Below are positions 1 through 9,891 of a stretch of 64,000 nt of DNA, in pieces. The stretch spans positions 19,976 to 83,975 of the forward strand of contig CAWBIP010000007.1 in assembly GCA_963789045.1 (NCBI GenBank), given 5' to 3'. Both the position numbers and the translations under genes were made by a program. Source of the stretch: an uncultured Verrucomicrobiae bacterium. GTDB taxonomy: Bacteria; Verrucomicrobiota; Verrucomicrobiia; Chthoniobacterales; UBA10450. Under the pieces are notes generated by a model, which worked only from the letters and a program-made list of their open reading frames with translations, made no database searches and was not told where the DNA came from. Positions within the stretch are counted from its first letter, which is position 1. Each line of letters begins with the position of its first letter.

Positions 1-907
1 GCAGCACCAGAACGTCGGCCGCTTTGAAGTATATTTCTGTGTCCTCATCCGGCACATATTCAATCTTTCGTATGATGCGTTCGCCCACGCCGCTTAAAAT
101 GATCGACTGTTCGACTGCGCGCCAGTAGGTCTGGCAGTTTTTTACGCTTCCTGCAATTATGAGGCGATAGGTGGAGCATTCCTTCGACAGTTCGATGAAA
201 GCAGCCACGAGATATTCCAGGCCCTTGTAAGGGGCGATATTCCCGAAGAACAGCAAAGTCTTCTCATCTTTAGTAATTCCAAGCTGTTGTTTCGCGTCCG
301 CGGTCGAAAGGCTGGTATTCGGAACTGTGTTATTAATTCCAAATGGAATAACGCTCACCTTCTCTTTCGCCACACCGAATTCGGTGACGAGCTCGGTTTT
401 CATCTTTTCAGTATGAACAAAAATGTGGTCGCTTAATCGGTACTGCCACGTCAGTGAAAATCGATTTAGAAACGACCGCCCTCCATCCCGTTTCGATTTG
501 TCGACATTGTGTGCCGTAAATACCAGACGCTTTCCAAGCAATTTGTAATAAAGCATGAGCAGCGTCCGATCGAAAATCTCGATCTTGTTGTTCCACAGGA
601 TGTGGAATATTGCCGGCTTGGCCTTCGCGGCATAGCAAATCAGCCGAAAATAATAGTTCAAGACTCGCAAAACTTTCGTCACCCGGCTCACTTGAGGACG
701 TTGGGCTCCTCGCAGGTTATGGAAATTCACCCGTGGATTGGCGAGTAATTCACGCACGACGTGATCGTCACTACCTATGAAATCAACTATCACGCCAGCT
801 GAGGTCAGTGCTGTGGCTACTCCCAAGGCGTAAGGTTTGTCTCCTCCACCAGTCAGAAGAGTAACGTGAATAGGAAGCGCGATACCGCAGGTTGCTTCCT
901 TTGCCAT
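1..907 (-). CDS. GT-B fold (GT4-like) glycosyltransferase; 3' end runs off the left edge
   Basis: Absent from the ORF track because it has no stop in the window. Reverse-strand translation from the ATG at 905-907 gives an uninterrupted 302-codon frame: MAKEATCGIALPIHVTLLTGGGDKPYALG...HILWNNKIEIFDR...TLLFFGNIAPYKGLEYLVAAF...YRLIIAGS. This is the layout of a group-1 glycosyltransferase. Confidence 0.75.
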   Translation of the reverse strand, partial: MAKEATCGIALPIHVTLLTGGGDKPYALGVATALTSAGVIVDFIGSDDHVVRELLANPRVNFHNLRGAQRPQVSRVTKVLRVLNYYFRLICYAAKAKPAIFHILWNNKIEIFDRTLLMLYYKLLGKRLVFTAHNVDKSKRDGGRSFLNRFSLTWQYRLSDHIFVHTEKMKTELVTEFGVAKEKVSVIPFGINNTVPNTSLSTADAKQQLGITKDEKTLLFFGNIAPYKGLEYLVAAFIELSKECSTYRLIIAGSVKNCQTYWRAVEQSIILSGVGERIIRKIEYVPDEDTEIYFKAADVLVL

Positions 908-1045
908 GTGATTGTTGGCGGCGCACTCACGCGATTGCTCCAAAAAGATAGTGGATATTCCCGATTTTCGCTCAGCAGGCATAGGTTCGGACGATCGCAC
1001 GTGGACGTGAGAAAACATTTTGGCTGCGGCAAGCTGGGCGTTCGT

Positions 1046-1888
1046 TTACGACTTCGATTGACTTGGCAAGCAGCTTCGCCAAAAAACTTCGACCGAAGTT
1101 TCTTTTATCTCAGCGAAAGCTTTGGCAAAGGCATCGTGTGACATCCAGTTTGAAAACATCAGGCGGTCTCCGACTGCACAATTAAACACCCCGTTGGCGG
1201 CGATCTCACGCAGCCGGACGATACATTGTTCCCCTTCGCTTTTAAAGTCCGGCAAGTTCACCTCGAACGAAAGATAAGGCACAGCAGTTTGGAGTCCCTT
1301 CAGAACGTTAGGCTCGTAACCCTCCACATCGATCTTAATATAAAATGGCCGGCCATAGGTCGAAATCAAGCGCTCCAATGTGATCGTTTCCACCTGTTTC
1401 TTTTCCCGGAACTCGAACGTACGTCCAAATCTCGCCGGATCCTTCTGCAACGTTTCAGCCCACTTGGCGTTTAGAGTGTTCATTTCAAACCCTGGCTCGC
1501 TAACCCAGAAAATCTCATGACCATTTCGATCGCTGACCGCCTTTCCAACGACGACTACAGGCTTCTTCCGCAAACGGTAGGCGAGAAAGTGCTCGGTCAG
1601 CGTTTTCTGGTTCGAGATGTCCGGATCGACAGCGATGACACGGGCGCCAAGTCTTAGAAAGATTTCGGCTTTAACCCCGTGGTTGGCGCCGATATCGAAG
1701 ATGAGATCATTCTTGCGAAAACCAACCAGAGTCTTTCGAAAGAAGGCAAGCTCCTGTTTGCGCTGTTCGACTATCCGCGGATCCGCGACTCTCCAGTAGG
1801 CATCGTAAAGGCAGGAGCCCTTTAGTCGCTCGTACATGCCGGCCCGCTTGAGCAGAGACTGGCATGTTGCTTTCCAAAACGCGGCCAT
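1046..1888 (-). CDS. FkbM-family SAM-dependent methyltransferase
   Basis: 280-aa ORF with DIGANHGVKAEIF (D-x-G-A-N-x-G motif) and YIKIDVEGYEPNVLKG. Both are typical of the FkbM/Methyltransf_21 family. Confidence 0.8.
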   Translation of the reverse strand: MAAFWKATCQSLLKRAGMYERLKGSCLYDAYWRVADPRIVEQRKQELAFFRKTLVGFRKNDLIFDIGANHGVKAEIFLRLGARVIAVDPDISNQKTLTEHFLAYRLRKKPVVVVGKAVSDRNGHEIFWVSEPGFEMNTLNAKWAETLQKDPARFGRTFEFREKKQVETITLERLISTYGRPFYIKIDVEGYEPNVLKGLQTAVPYLSFEVNLPDFKSEGEQCIVRLREIAANGVFNCAVGDRLMFSNWMSHDAFAKAFAEIKETSVEVFWRSCLPSQSKS

Positions 1889-1977
1889 GAGTCAGGCTTC
1901 GACTTCCATTAAGTTTGGCCGCTCAGCAGGCCTTTCGCCTGGAGATTTGAGGTTACAAACTTTCGTAATAAGACTGG

Positions 1978-3868
1978 CTAGCGTATCCATCGATGAATAT
2001 CGTGCGAATCTAAATCTAATGCTCGGAGGGCGGCGTATGCTAATCCCAGTTCAATCAGTTTTCTATGGATGAACTCAAGCGTCAAAATCTTGTGTAGCTC
2101 AAAGGCATAGTTTCGCTGGCCACTGGTATGAGCTTTGACGATTTTTTCCAAAGAATTCGCTCGAAGGTAGGGTCTACTGCGCGCGTCCGAGTCGAGAAGC
2201 ATCTCCGCTTAACCATCGCGAGAGTTCGTCACGGTACCAGACACGGAAGTGATGGAACTTGTGCCTTCCCAGGAACAGACTTTCGAGGTGAAGTGGCGCA
2301 AATGCATGGTCGAGCCTCCCCAACCATTGGGGCATGCGATAATCGTAGGCGTATTCTGCTTTAAAAGTGAACTCTTGGTACCAATGCAGCGCCTGCGTGA
2401 CGCCCGGAATTGATCGAAAGGCGAGACCGCGATCCGTTCCAATCTTTCCCAACGCCGGATTGCCATCAGCAATGAGCCGAAGCGCCGGCCCATTGTGCAA
2501 CAGGTTTGGCGGCGTTTGGTACACCAGAGAAACCAGATCGTTATCAAAATAAGGAGTTCGATACGTGACCTGCGATCGTTCCACGGTAAATTTGTTCGCC
2601 ATATACCACGGTGCTTGCTTGAAGGAAGTAAAGGAAAGCCTGTGGCCTTGAAGCTGACCGGCGTAGGTGTCAGCGGCATCCCGAAAGGAGCTTTCCAAAC
2701 TCCGGATCGAAAAGGCTTTGTTGAGGAGGATCCGGCTTAAACATTACAAGGCGCCTCAAGATTTCGCCCCCACAGACACCACTTACCCGGACTGGGGCGA
2801 TCTGACGGGCAAACCTCTGGACGTACAGGTCGATCGACCCGGTTACGTCCATGGTGCCGTCGCTAACATAAACCGCTTTCTCGGCGAGGTCGTGGAAATG
2901 CGACAAGAACTCGGCGCCCACCAGAATCGTGTTGTGAGGTTGCCGGCAAACTTTCGCGGTGCGTCGCGCAATCTTGACGTCTGCACAATCACGGTATTTA
3001 CCGCCCCACGTGTAGCATGGAAGTGTCGCCCGGCAGACGAGGCGCCCAGGCCAGGATCATTCGGCTATCCACTCCGCCGGTCAAGGATAACCCGACGGAC
3101 TGTTTCCCACGGAAATACTTGGGAAGAACCCGTGTCCAGGTTTCTTTCAACTTTTCGTAGAAGTCACCTTCGCTTAGCTCTGGCTGACTTTCCCATGCTT
3201 CGCGCTTAAAGTAAGTCTTTTTCTTCACTGGTTCTCCCCGGGAAAATACCCACGCTGAACCTGGCGGAAGCAGCGAGATCCCGGAGAAAAGGCTCCTGTT
3301 TTCCAGAACGGCCTCGCAACTGAAAAGTTCGCCTAAGCTACGCAGATCAAGTTGACGGGTGGCGGGCAGGATTTTAAGAAGGGCCTTCGCTTCAGAAGAA
3401 AAATAAAATCCAGCCTTGTCTTCGTGATAATAAATTCGATTTACGCCATACCGGTCGTTAAACAGAACGAATTTCTGCTCACGAAGGTCCAATAACACAC
3501 CGCTGAACGCGCCGTTGAGTCTCTCCAGGAACTGCGCAACCCATCTCTTCGTACAAGTGGACGAGATAACTCGCGTCATCTGGGGCAAATTCGTGCCCGC
3601 GCATTCTCAGTGCGTCGACATCAGCTTGGTCGGCGAAATCCTCGCCTGAAAAAAGAAGGCAGATGTCCTTCTTTTCATTCCAGATCGGGAGGCAGTCGGA
3701 GAAAGATCCTTCGTGATTGACCCAGCCCAGCCAAATGCCGAGCTCCTCGTTAGTATATGTACCGTCTCTATAAAACGGCTCGTGCATCAGGCATTGAACC
3801 ATGGACTTCACGACAGCGTGGTTCTGCTCTGAAGGCCTCTGACTAATTATTCCAACGATGCCGGGCAT
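1978..3868 (-). pseudogene. AsnB-family (asparagine synthase-like) amidotransferase, split into 5 frame segments; N-terminal nucleophile Cys replaced by Pro
   Basis: ORF pieces 3868-3479, 3588-2998, about 3040-2670, 2698-2174 and 2202-1978 read through as one protein. The segments are MPGIVGIIS..YLVHLYEEMG / AQFLERLNGAFSGVLLDLRE..SLTGGVDSRMILAWA / LPCYTWGGKYRDCADVKIARR.. / FRDAADTYAG..FRVWYRDELSRWLS / MLLDSDARS..KAHTSGQRNYAFELHKILTLEF. ORF phases run 2>1>0>2>1, i.e. four +1 insertions. 1891 nt minus 4 equals 629 codons. Confidence 0.7.
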
Positions 3869-4028
3869 ATGAACTTAACGGTTAATGGTTGATTATTGAG
3901 AGCGAAGGGCAACGCTCGCCTTTTTTAGAATAGTTGCGTAAGCTGCTTTGAACTTATTCCCCCTGCGCAAGTTTCCTTTGTTCGAGTCCCCGGCATCGTT
4001 CGCAAACGCTCCGTGCTATATTCAGATT

Positions 4029-4122
4029 TGGCGGACAGGGGAAGGATTCGAACCTCCGATACGACTTGCGTCGTATAGCAACTCTTGCGAGCTGCTGCCT
4101 TAGACCACTCAGCCACCTGTCC
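4029..4122 (-). tRNA. Type II (long variable arm) tRNA, Ser-like (G73); irregular 8-nt anticodon loop and one extra base before the 3' acceptor strand
   Basis: Reverse complement: GGACAGG TG GCTGAGTGGTCTAAGGC A GCAGC TCGCAAGA GTTGC T ATACGAC GCAA GTCGTAT C GGAGG TTCGAAT CCTTC C CCTGTCC G CCA. Acceptor, D, T and 7-bp variable stems all pair. The anticodon cannot be assigned safely. Track ORF 3925..4161 overlaps it and is spurious. Confidence 0.7.
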
Positions 4123-4135
4123 TAAACTTTCTATT

Positions 4136-5482
4136 TTACTCAGTGTGCGCGAGCTCTGCAATATGGTTGCGGCCAGCTGAATAATTTGTGTGCGATAGCA
4201 TCTTTGGGGGCAAAAGGTCTGGCTTCGGACCCCGCCGCACGACCCAATTCAGGACCTGAGTAACAGCCTGCGCCTTGGCGTCCCATGTCAGGCATTCTCG
4301 TACGTAAGCCATTCCTTGCCGACGTAGCTGCTCGAGCCGCTCCCGATTGTTTGCCAGTTCCGTCAGAATCTTTTCCATCTGCGCCACAATGTCATTCTCG
4401 GTCGTAAGAGCCACCTTGTACCCTACCTCTGAGTGAACGATATCTCCGGGGCCGCCGAAGTCCGCAACCACAGGTACAGTCCCAGTGCCGAGCGCTTCGA
4501 AAACTACGCCTGCACCATTGTCGCGAATAGATGGAAACACGAACACATCAGCAGATCGGAGGTGATTGAGGACTTCCGCATGGCTGAGCCAGCCGCAAAA
4601 GAGAACAGCCTTCTCGATCCCAAGAGACCTCGCTAGCTGCTCGAGGCGGGTCCGCTCGGGGCCATCGCCCACGACGGTAAAATTGGCCAAATCGCTTCGC
4701 AAAAGGGGAGCAGCTGCACGCAAAGCAAGATCACAAGCCTTCCGGGGAACCAACCCACCAACGAAGATCAGCTCAAGTTTGGCCCCAGGCTCCGAAGTGC
4801 GCGAGCCAGCGACACACAGGGAGCGAGCGATGCCCGGCTCGGGGACAAAAAACAATTTGTCGCTGTACTCGGCAAACTCGGAATACGTTTGGGACGAAGC
4901 AACGATGATCGCTGCCGCGTCACGATAGGTGGAGCGAGCGAAAGGCAGATATCGATACAGATTCCGCATGTTGGAGATCCATTCCTTTTGGTTCTCGAGC
5001 TGGCTAAAGCCGGGAGGCCAGGGCAAACCACCATTAAGCGGACCGATCACGAACGGTATAGGCCCCTTGCGTAGGAAGAAAGCAAAAGGACTCGGCAGGA
5101 CAGGTGTCATCGGCATAATGCGTAGAACAACATCGAACTCGCGCGCAAAGATGCGGCGCCGCAACTGTCGCCAGGCATACCATTCAAAGGCAACAGAAAA
5201 CGGATAGCCGAAAGCGGTCAACACTTGAGTGTCATAGTTGTATTTGAAGATCCTACGCAAACTCCAGGCATAGAGGCGATCGAGCAATGGCATCCGGACC
5301 ACTTCGATGGTGCGAAACGGTGCCTTTGCGCGGCGTACAGGCTCCTCACTGGGCGATCGAACAATCAAACTGACGTCATGGAGCTGGGCAAGCGCTGCCG
5401 CATGAGAATAAGTAACATAAGGCATGCTGACTATCTCCGGATTACAATCAGGCGCTAGCAGCAAAATACGTAATCGGTTCAT
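4136..5482 (-). CDS. GT4-family (group 1) glycosyltransferase
   Basis: 448-aa ORF with the C-terminal GT-B signature LIFVGGLVPRKACDLALRAA...ADVFVFPSIRDNGAGVVFEALGTGTVPVVADFGGPGDIV (E-x7-E region). Confidence 0.8.
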   Translation of the reverse strand: MNRLRILLLAPDCNPEIVSMPYVTYSHAAALAQLHDVSLIVRSPSEEPVRRAKAPFRTIEVVRMPLLDRLYAWSLRRIFKYNYDTQVLTAFGYPFSVAFEWYAWRQLRRRIFAREFDVVLRIMPMTPVLPSPFAFFLRKGPIPFVIGPLNGGLPWPPGFSQLENQKEWISNMRNLYRYLPFARSTYRDAAAIIVASSQTYSEFAEYSDKLFFVPEPGIARSLCVAGSRTSEPGAKLELIFVGGLVPRKACDLALRAAAPLLRSDLANFTVVGDGPERTRLEQLARSLGIEKAVLFCGWLSHAEVLNHLRSADVFVFPSIRDNGAGVVFEALGTGTVPVVADFGGPGDIVHSEVGYKVALTTENDIVAQMEKILTELANNRERLEQLRRQGMAYVRECLTWDAKAQAVTQVLNWVVRRGPKPDLLPPKMLSHTNYSAGRNHIAELAHTE

Positions 5483-5581
5483 GAATTTTCCTCAAAAAGC
5501 CTCTCTCAAGTCGAGACTGGACGGAATATTAATGCTCAAAGTAATGTAAGTGATCGTCTGAAACAAATGCCTATCCCCCTT

Positions 5582-6592
5582 TTAGTCCGTAGGAGTTGAT
5601 AACCCCTCAGCTTGAGCTTCACATTTGTTGGTCAGCCGGCATTGCAAGTCATACCACCGTCTTCTCAGTTTCTTGAGCGGTTTTCTAAGTGGCTTCGGAA
5701 CAGCTTCCTTCCAACCGCGGTGAACACCGAGCTTCAGGGCCAGCTTTCCTTTACTAGTTAGAGGCACGTAGTACCTCGGAAGATCAAATTTTTGAAAACC
5801 ATTGCTGCGTTTGAAGTCGCCAAGGCTGTCCTCAAGCCAAAGCGCATACACAAGATATGGTACGCCTTTCTCCGCACAACGTTCCACTGCTTTAGCCAAA
5901 AGCAGATTGTTCGGTGCTAAATCGCGATGCGCGATTTTGGAGATAATTTGACCCAGATATATGTATCCACCTGCGTCCGCAAGAAAAATGAACCCCACCA
6001 GTTCTTCGCCCACATATGCGCCGAAAATCTCCTCTCTGAACAAGAACCGGCTGAACTGGCGTTTTACCGTTTCAAAGTCTTTTCCATAGTGTAAGTAAGA
6101 TCGCCCTTGCCGGATAGGAGTTTCGTTGAAAATCGACGTGATTCCCCGTACGAAGTTATCATCGAACGTAGCCGGCTTCACAATGACGTTATTCTTTTGA
6201 GCTTTCCGGATCTTGTTTCGTGTTTTTCGGTCAATTTGGTTCTCCCACCAAGAGGAGTAGCTCTTAATTGGAAGCGCCGCGATCGAATCCAGCTCCAAGG
6301 GATAGGAGTATTTGGGTTCTGTGTCCGGCAGACGTTGCCAGAAGGTCAGGATGTCAGGGTGATGTTTGCTCTTTCGAAGCGCATCAATCAGCACTTCAGG
6401 GTTCTCCACGTCCTCGAACCACTCTTGCTGATACCAGGGGTCGAGCTTCGCGATCCGCGGAATTTTTCCCTCAATTAGGATTCTTTTGCCATCAACTTCC
6501 ATTGTAGTGACACGATTTCTCGTAGGTCTTTGATATGACGCCGACAGGGTTAATGTGCTCTTGCAAGAACGCATTGCGTTTAAAGCAGTCAT
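5582..6592 (-). CDS. FemAB/GNAT-like acyl(aminoacyl)transferase (Acetyltransf_6-like)
   Basis: 336-aa ORF; the likely start is the internal MEVDGKRILIEG. ELVGFIFLADAGGYIYLGQIISKIAHRDLAPNNLLLAKAVERCAEKGVPYLVY resembles the FemAB-related GNAT proteins found in EPS loci. Confidence 0.55.
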   Translation of the reverse strand: MTALNAMRSCKSTLTLSASYQRPTRNRVTTMEVDGKRILIEGKIPRIAKLDPWYQQEWFEDVENPEVLIDALRKSKHHPDILTFWQRLPDTEPKYSYPLELDSIAALPIKSYSSWWENQIDRKTRNKIRKAQKNNVIVKPATFDDNFVRGITSIFNETPIRQGRSYLHYGKDFETVKRQFSRFLFREEIFGAYVGEELVGFIFLADAGGYIYLGQIISKIAHRDLAPNNLLLAKAVERCAEKGVPYLVYALWLEDSLGDFKRSNGFQKFDLPRYYVPLTSKGKLALKLGVHRGWKEAVPKPLRKPLKKLRRRWYDLQCRLTNKCEAQAEGLSTPTD

Positions 6593-6595
6593 TGA

Positions 6596-8507
6596 TCACA
6601 CAGCCAAAGAATTTAGCTGTAAGGCTGGTCTTTGATTAGAGCGAACTCCGCGCAACCACTGCTCGACCATCACAAGGCTAAACAAAAGTTTGTGGTTGTC
6701 CTGGCGGCCGGACTGATGACCTTCGAGCAGTCCTCGCACTGTGTTAGGATTAAGTAAACCAAACATAAGAGAGCTTTCATCCAGGAGCACTTCCTGAAGC
6801 GCTCCATTGAGTGACGAATGAAACCATTCGTCTACCACGTTGGAAGCGAAACCGCGTTTTTTACGTTTGAGAATGCGTAACGGGAGATAATTTTGGCAGA
6901 CCTGCCTGTGAAGCCACTTACGCGTTCCATTACGGATTTTTAGATCCGCTCCGAGCCGTTGCACGTACTCAACAACAGTGCGATCCAGGTAGGGCACGCG
7001 GACTTCGAGACTATGGGCCATGGAAAGCTTGTCCGCGTACATGAGCAGTTCATCGGGCAAGGAGGAGCGGATCTCAAGCAGCTGAAAACTGCCCAGTTCG
7101 TCGGTATGCTCCATTTGCGGCCGGAGCGCGTCCCAGTATTCAACCAACTCGCGCCCGTCGCTCTCGGCAAGAACGCCTTCGCGAAAGAGACCATCGATCA
7201 TCTCTGCCGACGCCAAGGAAAAAACGTCCTCATAGCGCTTCAGCCGATCAGCGCTCCCGAGTGAACGAACGCCACGCTTTAGCATTTCATTGCGCGGCAA
7301 TCGATTCACGGCGAAGCCGGCCATCGATCGGAGACCTGCCGGCAGCCCGCGCCACCAATTTCCGTAGTGAATACCCAGGTGCCGCTTGTAGCCGCCAAAG
7401 AGTTCATCCGGGCCCTGGCCAATCAAGGCAACCTTTACATCCTGCCGCGCGCGCTGCGAGAACGAAGTACATCGGAACGATCGACGATGTCGCAATAGGC
7501 TCTTCCAGACATTCCACGATTTTCGGGAGCGAGCGCTCAAACTCAGTCTGATCAAGTCTTACACTTATATGCCGCGCGCCTAAAAGGGCCGCGGTCTCCG
7601 CGGCATCGGTTAGCTCGTCGTCTTGGAAGCTCTCGCCATAGCCTATCGTGTATGCTGGCCACGGCCCTCCTTGTTCGTTCATTAACGCCAGCAGCAGGCC
7701 CGAGTCAAGACCGCCGCTTAGAAGTACTCCGACTGGCACGTCACTAAGCAGATGACGCCTGACCGCACCTCTGTAGAGCTCGAGCAGTTCTCCAACGGCT
7801 TCTTCCTTTTTCTTGCGAGTAGGAAAAGGAGTGGGGATGAACTTGTACCAACGTTCTTCGCGACATTGGCCTTTCTCCACAACCAGCATTGTCCCGGGTG
7901 CGAGTTTGCGAATGCCTTGAAATATCGTCAACGGAGAAGGCGTATAACGGAAACGGAGAAACAGATTCAACGCGATAGGATCGACATCTGGTCGTGAGTT
8001 TTGCGCAGCCAGAATTGGACGGATTTCGGAACCGAAAGTTAAGGTTCCATTTTCGACCTTGTAATAGATGAGCTTGATGCCCATGGCGTCCCGCGCCACG
8101 GCCAGGCGCTGGTTAGGCACATCCCAAATAGCCAGACCAAACATGCCGTTGAGACGATTGAAAACCTCAGTGCCCCATTCTTTGTAGCCGTGAACGATCA
8201 CTTCGGTGTCGGAATTCGTCCTAAACTGATGGCCCTTGTTTTGCAGTTCCGCTCGTAATTCCTTGTAATTGTAAATCTCGCCATTAAAGATTACCCACAC
8301 AGTTCCTTCTGCGTCCGACATGGGCTGATGGCCACCGGTGAGATCGATGATCGATAGTCGCCGGAACCCCAAGCCCACTGGACCGGCGACGAAGAAGCCT
8401 TCATCATCAGGTCCACGATGCGCGATCGAACGCGCCATCCGAACAATCATCTCGCGCTCCACCGGTTCGCGTCGCTGGAAGTTAAACTGGCCTGCAATGC
8501 CGCACAT
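6596..8507 (-). pseudogene. asnB: Asparagine synthase (glutamine-hydrolysing), one frame disruption
   Basis: Canonical N-terminus MCGIAGQFNF starts at 8505-8507, 4 nt after the upstream stop. ORF 7404..8558 carries the GATase domain plus SGGLDS. ORF 6596..7555 continues with VKVALIGQGPDELFGGY. The phase change 0>2 indicates a +1 insertion near 7459-7468. 1912 nt minus 1 equals 637 codons. Confidence 0.8.
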
Positions 8508-8511
8508 TCTG

Positions 8512-9801
8512 TTATAGAGGTTGAGAGGCGAGGGACAAGAGTTGATGTTCCCAGGCATTCTTTGCGGGCGTCTTGTCGCTCGTCATTCGACGCGCTTCGT
8601 ACAGATAAAACGCGAGGCTTCGGAACATCTGTGCCTGGCCCCAGCGATGCATGGGAACGTTGTCCCAACCGAGGTGTAACTTCCGGGAGCGGAACGATCC
8701 GTCGCGCTTGACCCATGCACCCAAAACGTGCGCGACGACCTTCTCCAAGGTAGCTTCTAGTTGGGGGAAACGGTCCCTAAGCAACAAACATAAGTTGATG
8801 CACTCCGCGCAATCGTAAAGCTCGCGCTTGTAAACGGTCAGGCGGGGAGCGCGTGAGAACGGCTTGGGCAGACTGTCCGAGTCAAAGAGATTATTCAGGT
8901 AATAACTGACGCCTTTGGTCAATGCTTCACCGATTCCCGTGTGGCCGGTTAAAGAATGGATCTTGGCCAATGCTTTCATCACAAAACATGTGTGGAAATG
9001 ATCGATAAAGTCTCGCACACCATCAACTGCATAAAACCAGGAGCCATCCGCATTTTGATTCTCTAAAACGAAATTCAAATTTCGTTCTGCGATCGTCCAG
9101 TAGTCGTTGTTGCAAAAAATCTTCGAGGCGCTGGTCAGAAGAAAAGCGCGATAAGCAGCGGCATTAATGACTCCGCCCTCATCAGAAGGAGTATAGGAAC
9201 AACTGCTCGCCGCTTCCGACGTTCGGAAATCTTTGATGTCGGTTGCTGCGTGACGCGCAATCGATTCGAGAATCAGTTTCCACTCGTCTCGTGAGTCGAT
9301 TTGGTACAGCTGAAGGAATGCCTCATACACGTAAGGTGTCGTTGTGATCAGAGGTGTTTGCCGCTTAATCGTGCCCCCGAGCCAGACCCAGTCGAATGGA
9401 TAACCCCAGCAATATTCCTTAAACTGGCCGCAGCGCGTTTTTTCGAGCTCACTTAGAAAATGAACCGCGTTTTCCAGTTGTGAAGAATCTCCGGTCGCCA
9501 GGTAAAGGAAAGCAAAACCCATCGCATAATGGGCGTCCGCAATCGGAAATCGCATTGGATGGTGGAACAGCCTTCGCGCCGAAGGCAGGAATGCTTCGCA
9601 GAAAATCATGGGCGCCACCGCTGCGGTTCCAACTAGTCTGTGGCGGTAGTAGAGTGCCTTGGCTCGTCCCCCGACCGGTCCAGCAAAAAAGCTCTGAAAG
9701 TCCCACGATTTTTCGCCATAGCAATCCAGCCACTCGACAAAGTCCGTCAGAACGTCTGAGACCCTGGCCGCCAATAGATCGGATGTCTTTGCTACTTGCA
9801 T
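8512..9801 (-). CDS. Conserved hypothetical; possible alpha/alpha-toroid protein (epimerase/lyase-like), function unknown
   Basis: Uninterrupted 429-aa ORF, tightly packed in the operon. Motifs GYPFDWVWLGG, ENQNADGSWFYAVDG, DHFHTCFVMKALAKI and PMHRWGQAQMFRSLAFY recall alpha/alpha-barrel enzymes (terpenoid-cyclase-like or C5-epimerase-like repeats). The family assignment is not secure. Confidence 0.45.
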   Translation of the reverse strand: MQVAKTSDLLAARVSDVLTDFVEWLDCYGEKSWDFQSFFAGPVGGRAKALYYRHRLVGTAAVAPMIFCEAFLPSARRLFHHPMRFPIADAHYAMGFAFLYLATGDSSQLENAVHFLSELEKTRCGQFKEYCWGYPFDWVWLGGTIKRQTPLITTTPYVYEAFLQLYQIDSRDEWKLILESIARHAATDIKDFRTSEAASSCSYTPSDEGGVINAAAYRAFLLTSASKIFCNNDYWTIAERNLNFVLENQNADGSWFYAVDGVRDFIDHFHTCFVMKALAKIHSLTGHTGIGEALTKGVSYYLNNLFDSDSLPKPFSRAPRLTVYKRELYDCAECINLCLLLRDRFPQLEATLEKVVAHVLGAWVKRDGSFRSRKLHLGWDNVPMHRWGQAQMFRSLAFYLYEARRMTSDKTPAKNAWEHQLLSLASQPL

Positions 9802-9891
9802 TTTGAATCCTTACTTTATTGAATGCTCGATGTTGGGCGCGTATTTTGCCTAAAGTTATTCCCGCGCTGGTCCGATTTACGTTTCGACGGT

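Noticed and set aside
3898-3926. Hairpin gagcg-aagggcaa-cgctc followed by gcctttttt, as a rho-independent terminator.
   Set aside because: The stem plus U-tract is oriented for plus-strand transcription, yet no plus-strand gene ends here. For the minus-strand tRNA the U-tract is on the wrong side. It is kept only as a possible insulator against antisense transcription.
3925-4161. Track ORFs 3925..4161 (-) and 59849..60064 (+) as protein-coding genes.
   Set aside because: Both are read across tRNA or tRNA-fragment sequence. The peptides GFEPPIRLASYSNS (reverse-complement reading of the tRNA region at 4029-4122) and MATPLGFEPRITPPKGAV (ORF 59849..60064) are the usual translation of a T arm. 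No other coding signal is present.
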